64,000 nt of DNA, from contig CAVYGB010000002.1 of NCBI GenBank assembly GCA_963767925.1, positions 1,376,001 to 1,440,000 on the forward strand. The letters are read 5' to 3'. Below, in pieces: positions 22,816-32,291 of the stretch (positions within the stretch are counted from its first letter, which is position 1; every line of letters starts with the position of its first letter). The position numbers were made by a program, and so were the translations under genes. Origin of the DNA: an uncultured delta proteobacterium. GTDB lineage: Bacteria > Myxococcota_A > Polyangia > Fen-1088. The notes under the pieces were generated by a model. The model saw nothing but the letters and a program-made list of their open reading frames with translations. It ran no database searches and was not told where the DNA came from.

Positions 22816-23784
22816 ATGTCCGATGTCGTCGTGCGTGCCGATCGCCTGAGCAAGACTTTTCGCCTGGGGTTCGTGCACAAGAAGGTGCAAGCGGTGCGGG
22901 AGGTCTCCTTCGACGTGCGCCGGGGGGAGGTCTTCGGCTTCCTCGGCCCCAACGGCGCCGGCAAGACGACCACCCTGAAGATGTTGATGGGCCTCATCTT
23001 TCCCAGCAGCGGCCAGGCGGAGGTGCTGGGCCTGCCGGTGCCCTCGCTGGCTGCCAAGCGCCGCCTTGGTTACCTCCCGGAAACTCCGTACTTCTACGAC
23101 TATCTGACGCCCGAGGAGTTCCTCGACCTGGTGGGCGCGCTGTCCGACGTGGCCCGGGCCGAGCGGCGGGCCCGCGCCGCCCGTTTGCTCGAGCGGGTGG
23201 GGCTGGCGCACGCCCGCGGGCGGCCGCTGCGCAAGTTCTCCAAGGGGATGTTGCAGCGGGTGGGCATCGCCCAGGCGCTGATGGGCGATCCGGAGCTGGT
23301 GGTGCTCGACGAGCCGATGACCGGCCTCGATCCCCTCGGGCGCAAGGAGATCCGGGACCTCATCCTCGAGCTCAAGCAGGAGGGGCGCACGGTGTTCTAT
23401 TCGACCCACATCTTGCCCGACGTGGAGATGACCTGCGATCGGGTGGCGATGGTGTTCGGCGGCCGCACCAGCAGCGTGGGACCGCTGGGCGAGCTGCTGT
23501 CGGCGCGCGTGCTGTCGACCGAGGTGGTGCTGCGCCCGGGCGCCGCCGGCTTGCCGGCGCTGCCCGAGGGGGCCAGCGCCCGCCAGACCCCCGAGGGGGC
23601 CGCGGCGATCGAGCTGGCCGGCGAGGAGCACATCGGGTCGTTCCTGAAGGCCGCCCTCGATCGCGGCGCCCAGGTTGTGTCGGTGTCGCCCCGGCGCGAA
23701 TCGCTGGAGGACTACTTCATCCGGCAAGCCCAGGCGGGCAAGGCAGCGGGGGCGCCGCGGGAAGAGGGGAGGCCCTCGTCGTGA
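22816..23784 (+). CDS. ABC transporter ATP-binding protein (PilH-like)
   Basis: GPNGAGKTT, FSKGMLQR, LDEPMTGLD, STH. Confidence 0.93.
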   Translation: MSDVVVRADRLSKTFRLGFVHKKVQAVREVSFDVRRGEVFGFLGPNGAGKTTTLKMLMGLIFPSSGQAEVLGLPVPSLAAKRRLGYLPETPYFYDYLTPEEFLDLVGALSDVARAERRARAARLLERVGLAHARGRPLRKFSKGMLQRVGIAQALMGDPELVVLDEPMTGLDPLGRKEIRDLILELKQEGRTVFYSTHILPDVEMTCDRVAMVFGGRTSSVGPLGELLSARVLSTEVVLRPGAAGLPALPEGASARQTPEGAAAIELAGEEHIGSFLKAALDRGAQVVSVSPRRESLEDYFIRQAQAGKAAGAPREEGRPSS

Positions 23785-24566
23785 GGCGCATCTGGGCCAT
23801 CGCCCGCAACACCTTCCGCGAGGCGGTGCGGAACAAGATCCTCTACAGCCTGCTGTTCTTCGCGGTGCTGATCATCCTCTCGGCGCTGGCGGTGGGCCAG
23901 ATGTCGCTGCACGAGGAGATCCGGATGACCCGCGACGTGGGGCTCTACGGGATCGACATCTTCGGCGTCATCATCGCCATCTTCGTGGGGGTCAACCTCC
24001 TCTACAAGGAGCTCGACCTCAAGACGGTCTACACGATCTTGCCGAAGCCCATCTACCGCTGGGAGTTCGTGCTCGGCAAGTGGCTGGGCATGTTGCTCAC
24101 GCTGGCGGTGCAGGTCGGCGTGATGGCCCTGGTGCTGGCGGTGACCCTGGCCGCGCAGGAGGCTCGCTTCGACGTCCCGATGTGGAAGGCGGTCTGGCTG
24201 CTGTACGTGAACGTCATGGTGGTGACGTCGGTGGCGGTCCTGTTCTCTTCCTTCTCGAGCCCCTTCCTGTCCGGGTTCTTCGCCCTCGGCGTGTTCGTGG
24301 TGGGGCGCTCGGTGCCGGAGATCCAGGTCATCGCTGGCAAGATGGGGGGCGCGGCGGCCGCGGTGCTCAACGCCGCGGTGGTGGTGCTGCCGAACCTGCA
24401 CCTGTTTTACCCCTCGGGCAGCATCATCGGCGCCGAGAAGGTCTCGATCCACGACACCTTCGTCACCGGTCGATATCTTGGCTGGACCACCGCCTACGGC
24501 GTAGGGTACTCCCTGGCGGTCTTGCTCCTGGCCATGTTGATCTTCCGGAAGCGCGACTTTGTCTGA
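23781..24566 (+). CDS. ABC-2 type permease (PilI-like)
   Basis: 'IARNTFREAVRNKILY', 'KPIYRWEFVLGKWLG', six TMs, C-terminal FRKRDF. Confidence 0.88.
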   Translation: MRRIWAIARNTFREAVRNKILYSLLFFAVLIILSALAVGQMSLHEEIRMTRDVGLYGIDIFGVIIAIFVGVNLLYKELDLKTVYTILPKPIYRWEFVLGKWLGMLLTLAVQVGVMALVLAVTLAAQEARFDVPMWKAVWLLYVNVMVVTSVAVLFSSFSSPFLSGFFALGVFVVGRSVPEIQVIAGKMGGAAAAVLNAAVVVLPNLHLFYPSGSIIGAEKVSIHDTFVTGRYLGWTTAYGVGYSLAVLLLAMLIFRKRDFV

Positions 24567-25332
24567 GGCGCCCCTGTCCGGGCCGTCTCCGTCCAGCGCT
24601 CCGGCTCCGGCGTCCCGGGCGACTGCCCCCGAGGGGCTGGCGTCGCAGGTGACGTCATCCCGGGCCGGGCGGGGACAGCCCAACCGGCGCATGTTGCGGC
24701 GGTCGCTGTATGGCGCCGCCCTGGTCGGCGTCGCGCTCGCGCTGCTGGTGGGGCGGGTGCGCTCCGATTCGCGGGCGGCCCTGGGCCAGGGGGCGGTGGC
24801 CGAGCAGGCGGGTGACCGGTCGCAGGCGGTGCGCCACTACCTGCACGCGGCCCGGATGTACGTGCCGGGGAGCGCCTCGGTGAGACAGGCCCTCGACCGG
24901 CTGGAGGCGATCGCGGGGGCGGCGGCGCAGGTGGGCGATGCGGCGACCGAGCGGGCGGCGCTGGAGGCGGTTCGTGCCGCACTGCTGGGCGCCCGCTCCT
25001 TCTACACGCCCTCCCCCGACCGCCTGGCGGCCTCCGATCGCCGGCTGGCCCGCCTGTACGCGGCCATCGAGGATCCGGCGGTGGCGCCCGGAGCGTCGGC
25101 GGCGGCGCGGGAGGCCTGGCACCTGCAGCGGCTGGCGGCGCGGCCGGGGCCCTCGACGGGGGCCACGCTGGCGGCGCTCGGCGGGCTGGCGCTGTGGCTG
25201 GGCGCGGCGGTGGTCTTCATCCGCCGGGGGCTGGACCGGGCGCTGGGGCTGCAGCGGCCCTGGGCGCTGGCCTCCGGAATCGGTTTCTTCGTGGGCTTCG
25301 CCCTGTTCCTGCTGGGGCTCCGTTTTGCCTGA
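24559..25332 (+). CDS. Hypothetical membrane protein
   Basis: N-terminal TM, helical domain, two C-terminal TMs; overlaps the permease stop. Confidence 0.6.
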   Translation: MSEAPLSGPSPSSAPAPASRATAPEGLASQVTSSRAGRGQPNRRMLRRSLYGAALVGVALALLVGRVRSDSRAALGQGAVAEQAGDRSQAVRHYLHAARMYVPGSASVRQALDRLEAIAGAAAQVGDAATERAALEAVRAALLGARSFYTPSPDRLAASDRRLARLYAAIEDPAVAPGASAAAREAWHLQRLAARPGPSTGATLAALGGLALWLGAAVVFIRRGLDRALGLQRPWALASGIGFFVGFALFLLGLRFA

Positions 25333-25378
25333 GCCGCGAGCGTGGTAAAACGGAGTGCTCTCTGCCCGTGCAAGTGCC

Positions 25379-26686
25379 ATGGACATTCGCTGCGAGCGTT
25401 GCCTCACGGAGTACGAGCTCGCCGACGACAGCGTCAGCGAGGTAGGAACGAACGTACAATGTACGAAGTGCGGGCACACGTTCCTGGCCCGCCGCCCCCC
25501 GCGTGAGTGGGTGCTCGAGACGGCCAGGGGTGAGATCCACCGCTTCGCCGGGCTCGCGCCGGTGCAGCGCTGGATCGTCGAGCGCAAGGCCACCCGCAGC
25601 GATCGCATCTCGCGCGGCGGCCGCCCCTTCCTGCGGCTCGAGCAGGTCGAGGAGCTGATCCCCTTCCTCGACGTCGTCGACCAGGCCGACCGGGCCCGCC
25701 CGCCGGCGGTGGCGGCGCCGTCCGCCCCGCTCGGGACGCAGACCCGAGGGCCGCGGACGCCCATCGCCCGGCCGGCGCCGATCCGCGGCACCGGCGCCCT
25801 GCCCGAGCCGCTGCCCGAGCTCGGCCCCGAGATCGAGACCGCGCTGGTGCGGCCGCGCTCTCGCGTCGGGCGCTTCCTGGTGACGGTCAGCGTGGCCGGC
25901 GGCGTGGCCTACTTCGGGATCACCAACTTGTCGCTCATCGAGCGCCAGCTCATCCCGCCGCTGGCCCTGCCCGGGACCGGCGGTGGGCCGAGCTCGCTGC
26001 CGGCGGCGGCGCCGACCGCGGGTGAGTCCGCCGTCGAGGCGGGACCGGGTGGCGGCGAGGCGCTCGAGGAGGACCCCGGCGCGACGCTCCCGGCGAACGC
26101 CTTGCCCTCGTCGGCGCCGCCGGGCTCCGGGCGGGCGCCGGCGCCCAGCGCCCCCGTCTCGCCGCCGGCCCCACCCCCGGCCCCCGCGGCGCCATCGACG
26201 CCGCCCCCGCCGGCCGCCACCTCGCCCCCCTCGACCGCCGAGGCGCCACACGCGCCGCCCGGCGAGTCGACCTACGCCCAGCTCGTGGCCGAGGGGCTGC
26301 GCCAGCAGCAGGACGGGTCGCACAGCCGGGCCCGCAAGCTGCTCGAGACCGCGCTGGCGCGGCGGCCCGACGGGATCGAGGCGCTGACCGCGCTCGGGTA
26401 CGTGCACATCGACCGCGACCGGTTCGACGCCGCGGTCGGCTACTTCCGGCGCGCGCTCGCCATCCGGCCCCACCCGCCGGCCCTGTTCGGCCTGGGCGAG
26501 GCCTACCGCCACGCCGGCGAGGAGGCGCGGGCGCTCGACGCCTACCGCCGCTTCCTGGCCCAGGCGCCCAATGACCGCGACGCCCCGGTGGCCCGCCGCC
26601 AGATCCGCGCCCTCGGCCTGCCCGCCCGGGCCGAGGTGGAGAGCGTCCCCTCCACCTCGTCGATCCTGCAAGAGAGCGCGCGCTAG
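25379..26686 (+). CDS. MJ0042-type zinc-ribbon + TM + TPR protein
   Basis: MDIRCERC...VQCTKCGHTF, TM, Pro-rich linker, C-terminal TPRs. Confidence 0.85.
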   Translation: MDIRCERCLTEYELADDSVSEVGTNVQCTKCGHTFLARRPPREWVLETARGEIHRFAGLAPVQRWIVERKATRSDRISRGGRPFLRLEQVEELIPFLDVVDQADRARPPAVAAPSAPLGTQTRGPRTPIARPAPIRGTGALPEPLPELGPEIETALVRPRSRVGRFLVTVSVAGGVAYFGITNLSLIERQLIPPLALPGTGGGPSSLPAAAPTAGESAVEAGPGGGEALEEDPGATLPANALPSSAPPGSGRAPAPSAPVSPPAPPPAPAAPSTPPPPAATSPPSTAEAPHAPPGESTYAQLVAEGLRQQQDGSHSRARKLLETALARRPDGIEALTALGYVHIDRDRFDAAVGYFRRALAIRPHPPALFGLGEAYRHAGEEARALDAYRRFLAQAPNDRDAPVARRQIRALGLPARAEVESVPSTSSILQESAR

Positions 26687-26703
26687 CGCGGGCGGGCCCC
26701 AGA

Positions 26704-27221
26704 CCCCTCACCCCACCCTCTCCCCGCTGCCGCGGGGCGAGGGCGAACACTTGCGAGGCTGCGTCGCTCAACTCGCGAACCCCACCCTCTCGCCGCTGGC
26801 GCGGGGCGAGGGCGAACACTTGCGAGGCTGCGTCGCTCAACTCGCGAACCCCACCCTCTCGCCGCTGGCGCGGGGCGAACACTTGCGAGGCTGCGTCGCT
26901 CAACTCGCGAACCCCACCTTCTCCCCGCTGGCGCGGGGCGAACACTTGCGAGGCTGCGTCGCTCAACTCGCGAACCCCACCCTCTCGCCGCTGGCGCGGG
27001 GCGAACACTGCGAGGCCGCGTCGCTCAACTCCCGAACCCCACCCTCTCGCCGCTGGCGCGGGGCGAACACTTGCGAGGCCGCGTCGCTCAACTCCCGAAC
27101 CCCACCCTCTCGCCGCTGGCGCGGGGCGAACACTTGCGAGGCCGCGTCGCTCAACTCCCGAACCCCACCCTCTCGCCGCTGGCGCGGGGCGAACACTTGC
27201 GAGGCTGCGTCGCTCAACTCC
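26704..27221 (+). repeat. Tandem array of 8 REP-derived units (69 bp, then about 63 bp)
   Basis: AACAC recurs at 26746, 26815, 26878, 26941, 27004, 27066, 27129 and 27192; lies between convergent genes. Confidence 0.95.
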
Positions 27222-27276
27222 CCACCAGCACTTGAAAGCTGGGGAGAGGGGTCTCCGGGGGAACCGTTCGGTGTTT

Positions 27277-28347
27277 TTAGAAAGAGCCGTGCAGGTTCAG
27301 GCCGAGGTCGTCGCCGGCGCGGAGGGTGGCGGCGAGGGTGGCGCGGGCGGCGCCGTTGCCGGACCAGAGCAGCCAGCCGCCGGTCAGCAGGGCGCCGCCG
27401 CCGCCGGCGAAGAGGACTCGGCTGAGCAGCTTGTAGGTGCCGTAGTTGCCGTTGGCCTCGTTGTAGGGCCGCTCGGCACCGGCGTCCTCCTCGATCCCGG
27501 CCACCTTGCTGCTGGCGATCAGCATCGACACGATGCCGCCGATGACCGCGACCGAGCCGCCCGAGACGAGGGCCAGGCCGCCGGCCCGGCGCCCGCTGCC
27601 GGGCTGGCCGGAGAGGGCGCCCTCGGGCGGGGGACTGCCGGCCCAGGGGGGGACCGGCGTGGGGGCCCCGGGGTCGGGGCGGACCTCGGGCGCCGATCCG
27701 CTCGCGCTGGCGGGGACGGGGACGGCCCGGTCGCTGCGGCTGGTGGCGTCGAGCCGGAGGGTCACCCGTTCCGTCGTGCCGGCCAGCACGGTGGCGGTGG
27801 CCGAGCCCCGGGCGAACCCGCCCGCGCTCGCCTCGATCAGGTTGGCGCCCGGCTTGACGTACACGCCCTGCGCCTCGGTGGCGTTCGGTACCTGGACGCC
27901 GTTGATCGACACCGTGGCGCCGGCGGGCGTTGTCTCGATGATCACCCGGCCCAGGCCGGCCCGGATCTCCGACAGCGCGGTCAAGATGGCGGTCTTGTTC
28001 CGGCGCACCCAGACGTCGCTCTCGTCGGCCAGCGCGGCGGCGACGTGTTTCTCCGCCTCGAGCGACAGGCCCACCGACTGCTCGACGAACCCGAGCTGGG
28101 CGGCGGCGCGGCCGGTGGGGAAGATGCGGTAGCTGCGCTGGAAATACTCCAGGGCCTGCAGGTTCTGCCCCTGGCGCCGCAGCTCGATGCCGCCGCGGAT
28201 CAGGCGCTCGGCCTCGTCCTGCTGGGCCCGGGCGGGCGCGGCGCCGGCGGCCAGGGCGGCGGAGACGGCCAGGACGGTCACGACCGTCAGCCCGGCGAGC
28301 CGGGCGCGGGTGACACGGGCGAGGGGGCGGCGGTGGTGGCTGGACAT
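27277..28347 (-). CDS. TPR + PEGA domain exported protein
   Basis: Signal peptide, TPR, 'PAGATVSING' PEGA motif, C-terminal hydrophobic Gly-rich segments ending LHGSF. Confidence 0.8.
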   Translation of the reverse strand: MSSHHRRPLARVTRARLAGLTVVTVLAVSAALAAGAAPARAQQDEAERLIRGGIELRRQGQNLQALEYFQRSYRIFPTGRAAAQLGFVEQSVGLSLEAEKHVAAALADESDVWVRRNKTAILTALSEIRAGLGRVIIETTPAGATVSINGVQVPNATEAQGVYVKPGANLIEASAGGFARGSATATVLAGTTERVTLRLDATSRSDRAVPVPASASGSAPEVRPDPGAPTPVPPWAGSPPPEGALSGQPGSGRRAGGLALVSGGSVAVIGGIVSMLIASSKVAGIEEDAGAERPYNEANGNYGTYKLLSRVLFAGGGGALLTGGWLLWSGNGAARATLAATLRAGDDLGLNLHGSF

Positions 28348-28475
28348 GCGGCGGCTGCTTTCGCGGAAGGAGTCGCTGGGGGCGCGCGTCGTCGAAGGTC
28401 GGCGCGGGCGCCAGTATAGTGCGGCCGGCCGCGGCCGGAGCGTCCCGGAATCACCCACCTCGACACGGGACGCCT

Positions 28476-29486
28476 TCAGGAGGCGGCGGGGGCGGAGGCC
28501 ACCGGCAGGGCGGCGGGCGGCGGCGCCTCGGCGGGGGGCGGGTGGGCGTGGCGGGTCACCCCGACCGCGAGGGCGAGCAGGCCGCAGACGGCGACCCCGA
28601 GATCCGAGGGGGAGGCGATCTGGTACCCGGAGGTGACGAGCATGATCACGCCGTAGGCCACCAGCCGCTCACTCGGGCCGGCGCCGAGGCCGGGCAGGAC
28701 CACGAGGAAGGTGCCGAGCAGCGCCAGGCCGAGCAGCAGCACGTAGGCCCAGGCGCCCTGCGAGGCGAGCGGCGGCAGGTCGAGCCGCAGCCCGTACAGG
28801 GCGAGGACCTGGACCAGGTCGAACTTGACGAGGGTGCCCGCCACCAGCACCGAGATGGCGACGATGCCGAGCAGCCAGGCCACCGGGGCGTAACGGGCGC
28901 CGCGCAGCGAGGGGGGCAACAGCAGGGGGGCCGCGCCGGCGGCGAGGAAGGCGGTCAGCTCGCCGATGCGGGCCAGGGTGGCGGCGGTGCTGGCGGCCTG
29001 CGCGCGCCCGAGCTCGTTCACGAACAGGGCGGTCGTGTGCAGGACGGCGGGCAGCGCGAACAGGGTGACGCCGAGGCGCGCCCGGAAGCTGATGGGGGCG
29101 CGCCAGACCGCGAGGGCGATCAGCCAGGACAGGAAGGCCTGGCTGGTCTTGAGCTGCACGAACAGGCGGCCCGAGACCACGAAACGCGACACGCACAGGG
29201 TCAGCAGGGCGACGCAGAACAGGGCCAGCACGCTGACCAGGAAACGCATCGAGGGCGGGAACAGCTCGCGGCGGCGCACCAGCCCCACGAAGCCGGAAGC
29301 GAACACGAGCAGGGCGAGGGCGCCGGCCAGGTAGGAGACGAACAGGGCGCTGCCCGAGAGCACCTGCCCCCAGCCGGCCGCGCCGGTCGGCGTCGGGAGA
29401 AACAGGCGGACCAGGAGGCGATCCAGGACCAGGTCGATGACCGCGAGCGCCGCGAGGACGGCGGTGAGATTGAGCCGGGAGGTCAC
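28476..29486 (-). CDS. Polytopic hypothetical membrane protein
   Basis: About 10 hydrophobic segments starting at VTSRLNLTAVL; start codon uncertain. Confidence 0.7.
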   Translation of the reverse strand: MTSRLNLTAVLAALAVIDLVLDRLLVRLFLPTPTGAAGWGQVLSGSALFVSYLAGALALLVFASGFVGLVRRRELFPPSMRFLVSVLALFCVALLTLCVSRFVVSGRLFVQLKTSQAFLSWLIALAVWRAPISFRARLGVTLFALPAVLHTTALFVNELGRAQAASTAATLARIGELTAFLAAGAAPLLLPPSLRGARYAPVAWLLGIVAISVLVAGTLVKFDLVQVLALYGLRLDLPPLASQGAWAYVLLLGLALLGTFLVVLPGLGAGPSERLVAYGVIMLVTSGYQIASPSDLGVAVCGLLALAVGVTRHAHPPPAEAPPPAALPVASAPAAS

Positions 29487-29600
29487 GGGAGCCCGCAAGG
29501 CCCAGTATATGCCCCTCCGCCACGGGGAACGCCAGCCGAAGCTGACCCACATGTGCGGTCGGCGGGACCAGCGGATGAGGCTGCTATCATCGAGATCGTC

Positions 29601-30353
29601 ATGGTGGGGGGGGTGCTGGTGCTGGTGCTGGCGGCGGTCGAGCCGGTGTACACGGTGGCCATCGATCCCGGTCACGGAGGCAGCAACAAGGGAGCGGCCT
29701 CGGCCAGCGGGGTCCACGAGAAGCACCTCGTCCTCGACATCGCCCGCCGCATCGAGCGGCGGCTGCGCGCGGGGGGCAAGGTCAACCCGGTGCTGTGCCG
29801 GAGCGGCGACGTGCTGGTGCCGGTGCGGGCGCGCGTCCGCTGCGCCAACCAGGCGGGCGCGCGGCTGTTCCTCAGCTTGCACGCCAACGCCTCGCCCGAG
29901 GGGAAAGTCCGCGGCAGCCAGCGCGGGTTCGAGCTGTACGTGCCGCCGGTCAGCGACGTCGACGCCGACGCGCGGGTGGCGGCGGTGCTGGCGCCCGGCC
30001 CGGCCGAGGCGGCCTGGGCGGCCAGCCGGGTGCGCGCGGCGGCGGCCGAGGGGCTGGCGGCGGCGCAGCGGATCGCCTGGCGGCTGGGCGATGCGCTCGG
30101 CCTCGATCGGGACCGGGGCATCAAGCAGACAGGGGCCCTGCTCGACGTGTTGCAGGGGCTGACCATGCCCGGCGTGCTGGTGGAGATCGGGTTCATCGAT
30201 CACCCCGAGGAGGGCCCCTTCCTGCTGTCGGAGGACGGCCGCGAGACCATCGCCACCGCGCTGGCCCGGGCGGTCGAGGACCTGCGCGCCCGCGAGCTGC
30301 GCGGCCGCCGCGACCCCGCCATCACCAGCCGCCGCACCCCCGCCCCGCCCTGA
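29601..30353 (+). CDS. N-acetylmuramoyl-L-alanine amidase (Amidase_3)
   Basis: IDPGHGG, EK, LSLHAN, VLVEIGFI. Confidence 0.9.
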   Translation: MVGGVLVLVLAAVEPVYTVAIDPGHGGSNKGAASASGVHEKHLVLDIARRIERRLRAGGKVNPVLCRSGDVLVPVRARVRCANQAGARLFLSLHANASPEGKVRGSQRGFELYVPPVSDVDADARVAAVLAPGPAEAAWAASRVRAAAAEGLAAAQRIAWRLGDALGLDRDRGIKQTGALLDVLQGLTMPGVLVEIGFIDHPEEGPFLLSEDGRETIATALARAVEDLRARELRGRRDPAITSRRTPAPP

Positions 30354-30387
30354 GCACCGAACGGTTCGAACCGCGGAGGCCGGAGGA

Positions 30388-30430
30388 CCCCTCACCCCGC
30401 TCTCGCCCCGCGGCCGCGGGGCGAGGGCGA
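30388..30430 (+). repeat. REP-like palindromic element
   Basis: CCCCTCACCCCGCTCTCGCCCCGCGGCCGCGGGGCGAGGGCGA between convergent genes. Confidence 0.8.
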
Positions 30431-30471
30431 ACGATCAGGCAGGTGCCTCGATCATCTCCCGAGCATTGCGG

Positions 30472-31248
30472 CTAGCGGAAGAGCTGGCCGGCGGCGGCGG
30501 CGATGCCGATGACGACGACAAGGGTCTCGGCGGCGCGGGCGGGCAGGCGGCGGCCGAAGGTGCCGCCCAGGTAGCCGCCGGTGACCGCGCCGGCGGCCAG
30601 GATGCCGGCGTCGCGCCAGTCGACCGCCCCGCCGGCGATGAAGATGATGCCGGCCACGGCGTTGATGAGGGTGGAGGCCACGTTCTTGAGGCCGTTGCGC
30701 TGGTGGATGTCGTCCATCCCGAACAGGCCGAAGGTGGCGAGCATCATGATCCCCATGGCCGCCCCGAAGTAGCCGCCATAGATCGATACCGCGAGCTGGG
30801 CGGCGGCGAGGGCCAGGAAGCCGTTGCGGGCGGGCGTCGGGCCGGCGCCGGGTGGGGGCGGGGGCGGCTGCTTGCGCAGGGCCAGCAGCGGACGCTTGAG
30901 GGCGATGAGCAGGGTGGCGCCCAGGATCAGGAAGGGGACCAGCGTGGTGAACAGGCGGGTCGGGGTGGCGAGCAGCAGCCAGCCGCCGAAGGCGGCGCCC
31001 ACCGCCGAGGGGGGGAGCAGCCAGCGCAGCAGGCGGGGAGCGGCGGCCAGCTCGCGCCGGAAGGCGAAGGCGGAGGCGAGCGAGCCGGGCCACAGCGCGA
31101 TGGCGTTGCTGGCGTTGGCCACGATGGGGTCGCGCCCCAGCCAGAGCAACACCGGGAACGACAGCAGGGTGCCGCCGCCGGCCACGGCGTTGACCGCGCC
31201 GGCGCCCGTGCCGGCCAGGAAGATGAGGAGGGCGTCGCGCAGGGACAT
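30472..31248 (-). CDS. TauE/SafE family exporter
   Basis: AVAGGGTLLSFP, YGGYFGAAMG, NGLKN. Confidence 0.9.
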   Translation of the reverse strand: MSLRDALLIFLAGTGAGAVNAVAGGGTLLSFPVLLWLGRDPIVANASNAIALWPGSLASAFAFRRELAAAPRLLRWLLPPSAVGAAFGGWLLLATPTRLFTTLVPFLILGATLLIALKRPLLALRKQPPPPPPGAGPTPARNGFLALAAAQLAVSIYGGYFGAAMGIMMLATFGLFGMDDIHQRNGLKNVASTLINAVAGIIFIAGGAVDWRDAGILAAGAVTGGYLGGTFGRRLPARAAETLVVVIGIAAAAGQLFR

Positions 31249-31253
31249 GGCGA

Positions 31254-31619
31254 TCAGCGGCGGCGCTTGCCGAGCTGGGCGGTGTAGGCCACCTCGTCGA
31301 ACCCCACCAGCACCGCCCCCCCGGCGTCGAGGATGGGGCGCTTGATCAGCTTGCCGTCGAGGGCCAGGGCGGCCAGGGCCTGCGACTCGGTCATGCCGGC
31401 CATGCGGTCCTTGTAGCCCCCGGCCCGGTAGCTCTCGCCCGAGGTGTTGAACAGCCTGGCCACCGGCAGCTTCGAGCGGCGGTGCAGATCGCGCAGCTCG
31501 GCCAGCGAGGGGGGGCTGGCCACGAGATCGATCTTCTCGTATTCGATGCCGTGCTCATCGAGCCACTTGAGCGCCTTCCGGCAGGTGCTGCACTTCGGAT
31601 ACTGGTAGACCCTCGCCAT
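31254..31619 (-). CDS. ArsC/Spx/MgsR family protein
   Basis: YQYPKCSTCRKA, FNTSG, LIKRP, VGF. Confidence 0.9.
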   Translation of the reverse strand: MARVYQYPKCSTCRKALKWLDEHGIEYEKIDLVASPPSLAELRDLHRRSKLPVARLFNTSGESYRAGGYKDRMAGMTESQALAALALDGKLIKRPILDAGGAVLVGFDEVAYTAQLGKRRR

Positions 31620-31702
31620 GGCGGCGGCATCTTGACATGGCCCGCCCGGAGCGCCCGTTACAGGCGCCGCGGGCGCCTGGCCGATCAGGTCGAGGGAGCT
31701 GG

Positions 31703-32239
31703 CTATTTCGGCTCGACCCGGCGCAGGCGGCTGAAGAAGGCGCGCAGCAGGCCGGCGCTCTCGGCGGCGAGGACGCCGGGGACCACCTCGACCCTGTGGT
31801 TGAGGCGGGGGTCGTCGAGCAGGCGGTACAGGGTGCGGGCGGCGCCGGCCTTGGGGTCGTCGCATCCGTAGATCACCCGCTGCAGGCGGGCGTTGACGAT
31901 CGCACCGGCGCACATCGGACAGGGCTCCATCGTGACGTACAGGTCGGCGCCGATCAGGCGCCAGCTCCCCCGGGCGGCGGCCGCCCGGCGCAGGGCCACC
32001 ACCTCGGCGTGGGCGGTGGGGTCGTTCTTTGTCTCGCGCTCGTTGTGCGCCACCGCGACCACCTCACCGCCTACCACCACCACCGCACCCACCGGGACCT
32101 CGCCGATGCTGGCGGCCTGCTCGGCGGCGGCGAGCGCCTGGCGCATGAAGGGCTCCTCGGCCAGCGTGGCCAAGGGGGCCAAGCCGTCCGGCTCGAGGTC
32201 GAGGGTGCGCAGGGGGGGCAAGTTCGAAGCGGAGGACAT
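31703..32239 (-). CDS. tadA: tRNA adenosine(34) deaminase
   Basis: EVPVGAV, DPTAHAE, EPCPMCAGA, DPKAGA, RLNH. Confidence 0.93.
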   Translation of the reverse strand: MSSASNLPPLRTLDLEPDGLAPLATLAEEPFMRQALAAAEQAASIGEVPVGAVVVVGGEVVAVAHNERETKNDPTAHAEVVALRRAAAARGSWRLIGADLYVTMEPCPMCAGAIVNARLQRVIYGCDDPKAGAARTLYRLLDDPRLNHRVEVVPGVLAAESAGLLRAFFSRLRRVEPK

Positions 32240-32291
32240 TTGCAGGGGGCGTATCTTAGCGCGGGCTCGGGGACGAGGTATTATCGGGGTC

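Noticed and set aside
26704..27221. CRISPR array or repeat-protein gene
   Set aside because: Units are near-identical tandem copies; the repetitive ORFs lack credible starts and a 1-nt deletion breaks the frame
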